Assembly (NCBI RefSeq): GCF_001194135.2
Contig: NC_068983.1
Span: forward strand, 71,873,310 to 71,909,839
Length of the DNA stretch: 36,530 nt
Direction: 5' to 3'
DNA from: Octopus bimaculoides
Lineage: Eukaryota
In this document: positions 23,635 to 34,002 of the stretch, one piece after another
Layout: every line of letters begins with the position of its first letter
Position numbering within the stretch: the stretch's first letter is position 1
Position numbers and translations under genes: made by a program
The notes under the pieces: model-generated
The model's database searches: none
Seen by the model: only the letters and a program-made list of their open reading frames with translations
What the model was told of the DNA's origin: nothing

Positions 23635-24230
23635 AAGCCACAACTTTCCAATGAGACATGATGTTACTAAAGCAATATACAATGCCATCTAAAAAAAAAA
23701 ACTGTCCTGGCATAAACGTAGAGAGTCCTCCTGTTATTGAATACATACATAAACATCAACACTAAGAATATTAATAGAACATTCTCATCAAAACATCGAC
23801 CAAGTGCAAACATAACTCACTGGTTATAGTTGTTTGGGGCAGGAAGAAAAAATATGTATTCTCATAGTGACCAGCTGCCCTACTGATGTGAATATCTCTT
23901 TGAAAAGCAAAGTGAATGAGAATAGCTATGAACAACTGTTTCAAAACCTCCAGTTTTTATATCCAGGTTATAAATTCAGAATTATGCCAATAATAATGTG
24001 GCCTAAGAGACAATCTAGATAAGCTAGGGTTTTCAGAAGAAATCAAGCAGCTAATACACACATTACAAATACAATTTGTTAGCAGAACATTAAAAATATG
24101 CAAGATTTTTCTCAAGTTCAAAATGGGAATTTGTTTTTGTTATCTTCATTCCAACAATGGAGCTTTGTATCTTTGTCAGAAATCAGCTTCTTCCTTACAG
24201 AAATACTTCAAATAATTGAAAATAGAAAGA
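23635..24230 (+). mobile_element. 3' remnant of a non-LTR retrotransposon with a restriction-like endonuclease (R2/R4/NeSL/CRE group)
   Basis: PMRHDVTKAIYNAI carries the RHD motif. IKTSTKCKHN..VIVVW is a decayed PD motif. Also ICILIVTSCPTDVNI, YPGYKFRIMPII, and LDKLGF...TLKICKIF near 24120. Confidence 0.68.
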
Positions 24231-24263
24231 GCATATGACAGAGACATGCATATATATATGACA

Positions 24264-24402
24264 CAGTTTCCACTTTCCAAATTCACTCTCAAGACATTAG
24301 CCAGTTCAGAGCTATAATAGAAGACACTTCCATAAGGTACTACTCAGTGGGGCTAGACTTAAAACCATGTAATTTCAGAAGTGAACTTCTTTAACAAGTC
24401 AC
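24264..24402 (-). mobile_element. Decayed tRNA/CORE SINE head and core
   Basis: CAGTTTCC...CCAAATTCACTC...GCTATAATAGAAGACACTT is colinear with 31845-31975. Confidence 0.65.
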
Positions 24403-24660
24403 ATTGCTTCTGCCTTTGTTTGGTTCAGCATTTCATGCAAAGGTACCAGTAACTTTTTGTTAAATCTCCAGTACACAATAAGATCAAAAACATTAAGAAC
24501 CACTGCAGTAAGACATGATTGTTGGAGATTTGGTTGTTATTTCTAGCGGATCAAACAATCAAATAAAGGCTCTTTCATTGGCTTCTTGAGTTGCTAGGTA
24601 AAATTGCAATAGACATATTCTTGAATATCAGTATTTTTTTCAGAGTTATCAAAAGTTTAA

Positions 24661-25073
24661 CCTTTTAGCATTTCAGTCCACCATATATGGCCTTTCATAC
24701 ACACCCTATAATGTCATTTTAAAAATAAACAATCACGACATTGCCGCTGATCGTGCCAGTGCCGCCGAACTGGCTCCTGTGCAGGTGGCACGTAAAAGCA
24801 CCCACTACACTCTTGGAGTGGTTGGTGTTAGGAAGGGCATCCAGCTGTAGAAACTCTGCCAAATCAGATTGAAGCCTGGTGTAGCCATCCGGTTCACCAG
24901 TCCTCAGTCAAATTGTCCAACCCATGCTAGCATGGAGAGCGGACATTAAACGATGGCGATGATGATGATGATGAACATTGAAGTTTCTAAGTTCTGAGAT
25001 AGTGCATGATCAATTCAAGACAATGCAAATGAATTAGCATTACTTTTGACAGAGTAATCTGAATGCTAAAGGG
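24661..25073. mobile_element. piggyBac-type MITE with TTAA target-site duplication, interrupted by an RTE fragment
   Basis: TTAA at 24657-24660 and 25074-25077. Termini CCTTTTAGCATTT and GAATGCTAAAGGG form a 13-bp imperfect TIR starting CC. Confidence 0.8.
24744..24974 (+). mobile_element. 5'-truncated RTE 3' UTR inserted in the MITE
   Basis: RTE UTR sequence with a (GAT)n tail, flanked by ACATTG at 24738-24743 and 24975-24980. Confidence 0.85.
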
Positions 25074-25299
25074 TTAACAATTTCAACAGAAAGAAAATAT
25101 CCACTGTAAGTATTATTCAGTGATCACTGGCAATAATATCATGATAGGGAAATAAAAACTCATATCTTCAGAATATAATATGATAATCTACAGGTAATTA
25201 TTGAGGTGTCATTACTAATAATGAAACAGGATGAGAAATTTATATGTTTAGGATATTTTCATTTCCAAAACAACAACAACAAAAAAAAACCTGATATTC

Positions 25300-25565
25300 A
25301 ACATTATAAACAGCATCAACATCATCACTACCACTGTCACAATCACCACCATCGCTGCCATTGTGGCCACCACTACCATCGTCGCCCCCACTGCTGCCAC
25401 CACTACTACCACCACCATTGTGTTTGTTAGTGTTAGTAGTAATACAGCTGAAAATGCTGTTGTTGCTGCTGCTGATGATGTGAAAAATGAAGGTATTAGG
25501 GGTATATGTGGTGATTCTGATAACAACAAGAACAACAACAACAACAACAACAATAATAATAATTA
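25300..25565. repeat. Compound trinucleotide low-complexity tract (CAT/CAC/GCT/AAC/AAT)
   Basis: Direct reading of the sequence; similar GAT/GCT tracts lie at 14180-14330, 26920-27015, 32250-32330 and 34580-34660. Confidence 0.85.
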
Positions 25566-25595
25566 ATTCGTTTTATTGGCCACAAAGGCTAATAG

Positions 25596-25911
25596 GAGAA
25601 ACTTTCAAAATACAAAGACCTGGAAATAGAGGTAACTCGAATGTGGAATCTAAAAACAGAAACAATTCCTATCATAGTAGGCGCATTAGGTATAATAAAA
25701 AAATATTCAGACAAATACATAACAAAAACACCAGGACTTACAAATATATATAACATACAGAAAATTGCACTACTGGGCACAGCACACATCCTACGCAAAA
25801 CACTTTCAATACAGTAACCATAAGAGCATCACAGCAAACCACAGCACATACCCAAGGCACACAGAGCTGCGCTCGGTAGTGAAGTGAAAGCACGTTATAA
25901 AAATAAAACTA

Positions 25912-25914
<3 letters not shown>
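25596..25914 (+). mobile_element. 5'-truncated R4/Dong-like LINE 3' end (REL C-terminus plus 3' UTR) in an (AAT)n context
   Basis: 25596-25817 is an uninterrupted frame: EKLSKYKDLEIEVTRMWNLKTETIPIIVGALGIIKK...IQKIALLGTAHILRKTLSIQ*. It is followed by about 22 AAT units (25915-25980), with (AAC)n(AAT)n upstream. Confidence 0.8.
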
Positions 25915-25970
<56 letters not shown>

Positions 25971-26157
25971 TAATAATAATGAATTCTGGTTTTAATATAC
26001 AGAAAATGGTTAAAAGACAAGACAGAGAATAGGTTTATAAGTCAAGTAAAGTAAAGAAAGACAACAATGAAAGCTAAAAGTACATGTAGAGTACACAGAA
26101 TAAAACACAAGAATGGCAGAAAAGTGAAGATTAAAAAACTCATAAAAAGGAAAAAGT

Positions 26158-26352
26158 TGTTGTTGTTATTGGCACTCCATCGCTTATGACGTCGAGGGTT
26201 CCAGTTGATCCGATCAATGGAACAGCCTGCCAAAGCCTCGTGGAGCTTTAGGTGTTTTCGCTCAATAAACACAACGCCTGGTCTGGGAATTGAAACCGCG
26301 ATGCTATGACCGCGAGTCCGCTGCCCTAACCACTGGGCCATTGCACCTCCAC
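26158..26352 (-). mobile_element. Short tRNA-derived SINE with an internal deletion
   Basis: Minus strand GGAGGTGCAATGGCCCAGTGGTTAGGG (A box)...GGTTTCAATTCCC (B box-like). The tail GATCGGATCAACTGGAACCCTCGACG...GGAGTGCCA is shared with the 23046 and 28369 copies. Confidence 0.8.
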
Positions 26353-26361
26353 AAAAAAAAA

Positions 26362-26892
26362 GGAAAGAGTACATAAGACATATCAGGAGTAGTGTTGACA
26401 ACTTTCAGGAAGAATAGAATTTTTGAAGGATGTAGTGTCCTTACACTTAACAATGAATGTAGGAAGTTTATTCCATGCTTCAGCAATCCTGAAGAGAAAA
26501 AGAGGTTTCCAAAAGTCATGGATGCCACACTGTTTTTTGATTTTACAAGCAGGTTTATGAGTGAGAGAGGAACTGAATTCAAAAAAGTGGTCAAAGCTGT
26601 TGGAAAAGTTGTTGGTGGATAATCTTGTGGGCTTCCACCAAGCCAGCTGCTAAATATTGAAATTTTAGTGTGTTGATTCCCAGAGAAGCAATATATTCAA
26701 AGTATGGTAAATGATTGACAGAGGGTATTCATCTGGTTGCACATCTCTGGACAGCTTCCAGCAGATCGATATTCTGGACAAGATGGGTATTTCAGACTGA
26801 AGATGCAAACTGTAAGTGTGGATGTACTATAGCCATATATAGCTTTAAGCAGATAGCTGGTGAGTGACTGACAAAGGTCTTATCAAGTGATG
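26362..26892 (-). mobile_element. Decayed CR1/L2-type LINE 3' end
   Basis: Minus strand: LYMAIVHPHLQFASSV*...IDLLEAVQRCATR...HKII and FRIAEAWNKLPTFIVKCKDTTSFKN, typical of the CR1/L2 ORF2 C-terminus. Confidence 0.8.
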
Positions 26893-27171
26893 TTCAGATG
26901 TTCATAGTCATCTTGATAATGATGACAACAATGATGATGGTGATGATGATGATTATGAGGATGATGATGACGCTGACGTCGCTGCTGCTGCTGCTGATGA
27001 TGATGACGATGATGTGAAGGAAAAAGTTGAAGATAGTTGTTTAGTGTTTGTCTGGAGGAAATTTTATGTTATTACAAATGTTGAGTCTTAAGAGTGAAAG
27101 AAGAAAAAACAGACAAAAGAAGAAGGAAGTTATAAATGTGTGTGCATCTATAAGTGTGTGTATGTATACAA

Positions 27172-27207
<36 letters not shown>

Positions 27208-27246
27208 ACACACACATGCACACTCACACACATAAATAACTAAGAC

Positions 27247-27318
<72 letters not shown>

Positions 27319-27432
27319 CGTGCATGTGTATATATTATATATATAATATACGTATATATATATATATATCTGTCTTTCACTCTCTCTCTATCTCTCTCTC
27401 TCTACCTTTCAATCTATTTGTATGTATGCATG

Positions 27433-27780
27433 CATCATCATCATCATCATTTAACGTCCACTTTCCATGCTGGCATGGGTTGGACACATTAACTGAGGAC
27501 TGGGAAGCCAGGAGGCTGCACCAGGCTCCAATCTGTTCTGGCAAGGTTTCTACAGCTGGATGTCCTTCCTAACACCAACTACTCCAAGAGTGTAGTGGGA
27601 GCTTTTTACATGTCCCCAGCATGGGGGCCAGTCAGGTGGCACTGGCATCAACCACACACGAATGGTACTTTTTACGAGCCACTGGTATGCAAGTCAGACA
27701 GGCAGCACTGGCATCAACCACATACGAATGGTACTTTTTACGAGCCACTGATATGCAAGCCAGACAGGCAGCACTGACAT
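27433..27780 (-). mobile_element. RTE 3' UTR fragment containing a 66-bp tandem repeat
   Basis: (CAT)nTTAACGTCCACTTTCCATGCTGGCATGGG end. Repeat units start with GCACTG at 27639, 27705 and 27771. Confidence 0.85.
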
Positions 27781-27865
27781 GTATGTATGTATGTATGTAT
27801 GTATGTATGTATGTATGTATGTATGTATGTATGTATGTTTGTATATATGTATGTATGTATGTTTG

Positions 27866-27898
<33 letters not shown>

Positions 27899-28368
27899 GT
27901 GTGTGTGTGTGTGTGTCTGTGTGTGTGTATATATATATATATATGATATATTAAAAAACACGTTAAAAATATAAAGATATATGTATGTACATATATATAT
28001 ACATGGATATATGTATGTATACACACACACATACACTCATTTATATACATCACTTGTAAATGAAACTACAATTAAATACTCCTCACTTGTAGAATAGGAA
28101 AAACAAAAAGAGGGAGGAAAGAACAGATTTATGTTGACATTTTTAGTCTGTCTGTTCTCAAAGTGTTAATGTATAATGGATATTTTGCTTTAATCACTGA
28201 TGTCTTTACTTTTTCTTCAATAAATAAATAAATAAATAAATAACTAAATAAAAGATATAAAAATGAAAAATAAAGAATAATAAAATGAACAGCACAATCA
28301 TTTTTTTCCTGTTCTTTATTTTCTATAACAACTTGTTTTCTTTTGTTCAAAGGCAGCTGTTGAAGTAG

Positions 28369-28612
28369 TGGCACTCCGTCGGTTACGACGATGAAGGTTC
28401 CAGTTGATCCGATCAACGGAACAACCAGCTCGTGAAATTAACGTGCAAGTAGCTGAGCACTCCACAGACACGTGTATCCTTAACGTAGTTTTCGGGGAGA
28501 TTCAGCGTCACACAGAGTGTGATAAGGCTGGCCCTTTGAAATACAGTACAACAGAAACAGGAAGAAAGAGTGAGAGAAAGGTGTGGTGAAAGAGTAGAGC
28601 AGGATTGTCACC
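28369..28612 (-). mobile_element. CpG-rich (young-looking) SINE 3' part
   Basis: TGGCACTCCGTCGGTTACGACG...CACAGACACGTG...CCCTTTGAAATACAG is colinear with 23046-23228. Confidence 0.85.
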
Positions 28613-28770
28613 TAAAACAAAAAGCTACATGAAGCAAGACAAGTATTTCGTGGTTGTCGCAACAGGAGTTCAATGTTGAAGCCATTCTATCACTTTCATG
28701 GAATTGTTCCATAGATCTAGTTTTTTTTTAAAATTAGTAGGATTTGCTGTGCAATTCTGCATGTACTCAC

Positions 28771-28806
28771 CTCTTTTTCTGTTGTAGGCGTTCTCCTTTA
28801 TTGAAA
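28771..28806 (-). CDS. Candidate 36-nt microexon (FNKGERLQQKK) of an unidentified host gene
   Basis: Minus strand: CTAAC about 40 nt upstream, TTTCTACTACTTGACCAG acceptor, AG/GTGAGT donor, open in phase 2/2. No transcript support is available. Confidence 0.27.
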
Positions 28807-28941
28807 CTGGTCAAGTAGTAGAAAGTTACTTCATAATATTCAAGGTTAGTTGCTTCAAAATTGTGTCTTCAGCAGTCAAATAGTAAAGTTTTTGAATTGT
28901 AATCATTTTTGTTTCCTATTGGTAACAAATTTCTAAATTAC

Positions 28942-28958
28942 CTGAGTTCTTCTGAATC
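28942..28958 (-). CDS. Candidate 17-nt microexon (DSEEL) of the same putative gene
   Basis: Minus strand TTCTATTCACAG/GATTCAGAAGAACTCAG/GTAATT. It ends in phase 2, compatible with 28771-28806. Confidence 0.22.
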
Positions 28959-29229
28959 CTGTGAATAGAATTATCTTTATTTTTTCATTTGTAGTTCAAA
29001 TTTGATGATAACTGGTGATAAGAGTGACTTCTGTTGTGGCATTGAAAGCATTCAATGCAGTATAGTGGAGCCAGGAGGTAAAAATATGGTCATACTGTCA
29101 ATATTTTTGTCTCACAACGTAGATGATTTTTCAGCTACCATTTTGAGGAAAACTATGGCTACTTGAAGAGCTGCATTTCGAACAAATTGACTGGAAAAGC
29201 ATTTCATAGATTGTGGTAATTGTGAAATT

Positions 29230-29455
29230 GTTCTGCTTCCTCCAAAATCCTCTACTTTCAGCCAGTGATTTAAGAGTAGTTTTTCGGTGTTGACAATTCT
29301 AACACTCTACCAATGAAATGGAATTCTAGAACCATATTCTAAATGGACTGTAATTTGTTCAACCAAACTTGCCCAAGGCATTGTCCTCATGACCAAGTTT
29401 TCCCCAACAGTGCTTTCTTGTCTCAGCCGTCCTCTCACCATTGTTATATTATTGT
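29230..29455 (-). pseudogene. Possible highly decayed Tc1/mariner-type transposase N-terminus
   Basis: Minus-strand pieces YNNGERTAETRK, PWASLVEQI and SVRIVNTEK..LAES loosely resemble the N-terminal HTH region; many frameshifts. Confidence 0.28.
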
Positions 29456-31580
29456 AGACTACTGTTATTATGCCACACCTTCACCTTGTATTGACTGGTT
29501 AAGTTGATTTTATTCATAACTATTCCATATATCAGATATTATCACTAATTTAGAATGTTGTACTTTATATTTAACAAGCTTCTACATATTCATATTAACA
29601 ATCACAGCATATTTGGTGCACTACTACCATCATCCCCATTCAATATATCTTGCCACTAAAACAACAGGCACCACAATTTTACCATATTTGTTTGATTGAT
29701 TAATTGCTTGTCTGTTCTGATACTTGAGACACAATTGAAGCAAGAAAGTCTAAGGTTTTTTTATAATTATCAATGATTACTCGATAAAAGGTATTATTTC
29801 AAACATTTTGCGAGTTTTACTTTAAAATTAATTTATCAAGATGTTAAAGTATATGGTGCATCTCTATTCAGCATATCATCATATGCTACAAAGCTCTAGT
29901 GTTAGATGGAAAACAATCCACGAAAATGGAATGCAACAGAAATTAGTTCATGCATATACAGTTGCATAGCAACATAATTTCTTTCAGATATTGTCAGCCT
30001 ATGAGAGTTAATAGTAATGTAAAATATTTTCAGATACTAATTCCATATGGAGAGATAAATATTCCATTGTTTTCACTCATTAATGTTTTGGTTAATATTA
30101 GTTCAAATATTTCTTCTGGTTATTATAATGCTATGTGAAGTATGTACGAATATATATCACATATAGTTCAGAAATATGTTTTATGCAGAGCCAATCTTGA
30201 CTGATAGGGAATTTGTCTATGACTCAATGGTTTTCTGCTTGTTATTGCTTCAGTGATGCCTTATTGTGATGATCTTTGCTATATACAATTCTGTTTGAAC
30301 CAGTTCAACTTGTTATAAATTGGCTGTTGTTGTTTAATACTCGATTTTCTTTGATATAGCACACGTATTATCCAAAACATTCAAGCCATGGCTATTCCAG
30401 TCTTTTGTAAATCTTGGATTATATTGTTAAATAAGTCCATTCTTTTTAGATAGCAGGATAGTGTTTGAAGGAGATTTGGGTACAATACCCAGCAAACTGT
30501 ACAGCCACATAAAGGCTGCCTCTCCAGATCCGTAGTGTAGAGATAGATACAGTTGTCTGCTGCAAACTGTTATCAGCAACAAATGTTAAGTTTGACTTCA
30601 GTATTTAACCAAATATTCCTCCATAACTTTTGAGACAACAAGAAGTTCCCTCCTTAAATCTCTATATTCAGTTAAAATCATCAGTGGTTCTTCCATGAAC
30701 CAAGTCCCTATTAGATTCCATACATTTTTAACACTTTGTCCCCATTATAGCACTCAGCCCCGTTATCAATGCAGTTGATGTGAAAGTTACTAGAAATCCA
30801 ATTGAACCTCCTTAAAAATACCTTACCATCTTAAAAAAAGGACATGCAAGATGGTATTATTCCTAGATGCACCATGTTTTACAAAAAGATGGGATGGTCA
30901 TAGAGGGGAAAGCTTTTGATCATGGTTGGTGGATCAGAGCTGTCTGGAACTGAGCAGCAGCCCTGAGAACCTGGATCAAAAATAACTTTACTAAATCATT
31001 CTGTAAAATGGTTAAAAGAAAAGGGGAGCCTCTCTCTGGTCTCTCAATTTGCTGGAAGTAGCAGCTAAGTCACCATCTGTTGTACCCATTTGTCTTGAAA
31101 GGAAGAGTGCCATACCTGAGGATAGATTGCACTGGTAACCTATGAAAGATTTTAATGTTATATAAGATACACCTGATGTGCTTTAGAAACAACTGTAGTA
31201 CTTGACAACCCCTTCCATCCTTTTTATATACAGATCTATTTATCAATCTATAACCAGTGTTTATTTCTTTTGAAATGGAATTATATAGCATCTAACACCT
31301 AACTGGAATTTTCTATCAAAGCTTGATCTAGAGCAAATTGTATTTGATGCATTGATAAATAAATTTTATTGATCAATTAACGAGTCTCCTGTATTTTCTA
31401 TACAAGCTGTGTTTATGCTAAGGACTAACCAAGTTGTACCAAGATCACTCAACTGATCCTACTTACTATATTGTGATTATATATAAATATATATGTGTGT
31501 GTATATTACATATATATTACATATATATATATATATATATACTTTTACATATATATATATACATTACATATATATATATA

Positions 31581-31785
31581 CTCTTTTACTTGTTATAGTC
31601 ATTTGACTGCGGCCATGCTGGAGCACCACCTTTAGTTGAGCAAATCGACCCCAGGGCTTATTCTTTGTAAGCCTAGTACTTATTCTATCGGTCTCTTTTG
31701 CCGAACCGCTAAGTTACGGGGATGTAAACACACCAGCATCGGTTGTCAAGCGATGTTAGGGGGACAAACACAGACACACAAACAT

Positions 31786-31822
<37 letters not shown>

Positions 31823-31988
31823 CATATATACAACGGGCTTCTTTCAGTTTCCGTCTACCAAATCCACTCACAAGACTTTGGTCGGCCCGAGGCTATAGTA
31901 GAAGACACTTGCCCAAGGTGCCATGCAGTGGGACTGAACCCGGAACCATGTGGTTGGTAAGCAAGCTACTTACCACACAGCCACTCCT
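31581..31988 (-). mobile_element. Full-length composite SINE: tRNA head, CORE, microsatellite, internal module, CR1-type tail
   Basis: Minus strand GGAGTGGCTGTGTGGTAAG (A box), GGGTTCAGTCCC (B box), GGCACCTTGGGCAAGTGTCTT (CORE-like), (AT)/(GT) tract, ending GGTGGTGCTCCAGCATGGCCGCAGTCAAATGACTATAAC. Confidence 0.9.
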
Positions 31989-32030
31989 CCGCATATGTAT
32001 GTATGTATATATGTATGTGTGCATATTTGT

Positions 32031-32260
32031 GTGTACCGTCGTCACATGATGGTTGTAGAAGAGTATTATCATCATGCAGCAAGGTTGTTCATTTCCAGTT
32101 TTCTGTGAAAAACACCTGTGCTTAATGAAGAAATATTACCTTCTTGAAAATAGGTGAGGGCTAGGCAACAGGAAGGGCATCTGGCCATAGAAAATAAACC
32201 TCAAATAAACTTCATCTGACACATGCAACCATGGAAAATGGATGTTAAAGGATGATGATG
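32031..32260 (+). mobile_element. SINE 3' module with RTE-type tail (head absent)
   Basis: Colinear with 34345-34585; ends AAGGGCATCTGGCCATAGAAA...CATGGAAAATGGATGTTAAAGGATGATG. Confidence 0.7.
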
Positions 32261-32351
32261 ACGATGATGATGACGATGACAATGATGACAACAACGACGA
32301 CGACAATGATGATGATGATGATGATGATGGAGTCATCACAACTGTCTTCTA

Positions 32352-32582
32352 TCTTTTATCTATTACTTGTTTCACTCATTAGATTGCAGCCATGCTGGAG
32401 CACCACCTTAAAGAGTTTTAGTCAAATGAATTGATCCCAGTACCTTTTTCTTTAAAGCCTGATACTTATTCTATTGATTTCTTTTGCTGAACTGCTAAGT
32501 TACAGGAACGTAAACACACCAGCACTGGCTGTCAAGTGGTGATAGGGGACAAACATAGACAAAAAGACACACACACACGCAC
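32352..32582 (-). mobile_element. SINE internal module plus CR1-type tail (head absent)
   Basis: GCAGCCATGCTGGAGCACCACC...ACTTATTCTATTG...GCTAAGTTAC...GGACAAAC is colinear with 31581-31790. Confidence 0.8.
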
Positions 32583-32619
32583 ACACATATATATAATGGA
32601 TTGCTAGCCACTACACATT

Positions 32620-32794
32620 CTTTAGTTTCTCTCCTTGTTTCTTTCTGTGTTCCTTTCTGTAGAAGAGTGGAAGAGTGTAGGCTCGAAACATTAAAGACTT
32701 ATCACTATGCGAGCGTTAAACTAATACATCTGTTTGTTGTCTACACCACCTGTCTTCGTCTTTTGTTTTTTTGTGAATCCCACCCCCTATATAT
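32620..32794 (+). mobile_element. Penelope-like terminal-repeat remnant, copy 1
   Basis: CTTTCTGTAGAAGAG...TAGGCTCGAAACATTAAAGAC...CTAATACATC...ACACCACCTGTC is a direct repeat of copy 2. The family assignment rests on the GAAGAG...CTCGAAAC signature only. Confidence 0.5.
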
Positions 32795-33246
32795 NNNNNN
32801 NNNNNNNNNNNNNNNNNNNNNNNNNNNNNNNNNNNNNNNNNNNNNNNNNNNNNNNNNNNNNNNNNNNNNNNNNNNNNNNNNNNNNNNNNNNNNNNNNNNN
32901 NNNNNNNNNNNNNNNNNNNNNNNNNNNNNNNNNNNNNNNNNNNNNNNNNNNNNNNNNNNNNNNNNNNNNNNNNNNNNNNNNNNNNNNNNNNNNNNNNNNN
33001 NNNNNNNNNNNNNNNNNNNNNNNNNNNNNNNNNNNNNNNNNNNNNNNNNNNNNNNNNNNNNNNNNNNNNNNNNNNNNNNNNNNNNNNNNNNNNNNNNNNN
33101 NNNNNNNNNNNNNNNNNNNNNNNNNNNNNNNNNNNNNNNNNNNNNNNNNNNNNNNNNNNNNNNNNNNNNNNNNNNNNNNNNNNNNNNNNNNNNNNNNNNN
33201 NNNNNNNNNNNNNNNNNNNNNNNNNNNNNNNNNNNNNNNNNNNNNN

Positions 33247-33415
33247 TTTCTCCGTGTTTTTCTCCTTGTCTCCGTAATCTTTCTGTTGAAGAGCGTAGCT
33301 CGAAACGTTAAAGACTTTCCGTATTCCCGAGCGTCATACTAATACATCCTTTTGTTGTTTACACCACCTGTCCTCGTCTGTTGTTGTTTTTTCGTACATT
33401 CTCCCATATATATAT
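33247..33415 (+). mobile_element. Penelope-like terminal-repeat remnant, copy 2, with hammerhead-like motif at 33278-33314
   Basis: TCTTT-CTGTTGA-A-GAG-CGTAG-CTC-GAAA-CGT-T-AAAGA; CpG-rich, so less decayed than copy 1. Confidence 0.55.
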
Positions 33416-33417
33416 AT

Positions 33418-33577
33418 GATGGGCGTCTTTCAATTTCAATCTACCAAATCCACTCACAAGGCTTTGATCGGCCTGAGGCTATATAGTAAAATACACTTGC
33501 TCAAGGTACTATGCAACAGGACTGAACTCAGAATTATATGGTCAGAAAGCAAGTTTCTTACCACACAGCTACACCTG
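33418..33577 (-). mobile_element. tRNA/CORE SINE head and core
   Basis: Colinear with 31831-31988. Confidence 0.8.
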
Positions 33578-33956
33578 TGTCTGGAAATTTTTTTTATCAT
33601 AGGTCACCTTGGTCAGGATATTTGATTGCATTGATTCAAGCACTTGTTTATATTGACTGGTACTTCTTTTTCTCACCTTCAGAAAGATGAAAAGAAAAGT
33701 GGATGCAGGAGCGGGTTTGAAGTTATGAGATAAAGGCATGAAACTAAATACCACAGTCTGTTCAATTGAACTTTCAAATATCAGCTCTGCAAACACTTTC
33801 AGAGTCTTTAAAATGGATTTTCTCCTCTTGTATCTTAAAATAACAAGCTATTACACTAAAGAGAAATTCTACCCAGTCAAAAGATGTTAATGAAACAAGG
33901 TACCTTGGCAAGAACTCTTGATAATTATCTTATATAAAGTCATAATGTATGAGAGT

Positions 33957-34002
<46 letters not shown>

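Noticed and set aside
25206-25753. His-, Thr- and Asn-rich ORFs
   Set aside because: They come from a compound trinucleotide tract; no splice or domain support.
26280-26352. tRNA-like sequences with A and B boxes (also 5060-5133 and 31915-31988)
   Set aside because: They lack a full cloverleaf acceptor stem and run into SINE core and tail sequence, so they are SINE heads, not tRNA genes.
27639-27780. Regularly spaced repeats as a possible CRISPR array
   Set aside because: The units are contiguous 66-bp tandem copies with no unique spacers, lie inside an RTE UTR and have no cas genes nearby.
30600-30811. Stop-free minus-strand stretches GSIGFLVTFTSTALITGLSAI and WNLIGTWFMEEPLMILTEYRDLRRELL after a TTTTTAAG acceptor
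   Set aside because: By coordinates the two pieces are in different frames, I recognise no family, and the donor is ambiguous. Worth an RNA-seq look but unsupported.
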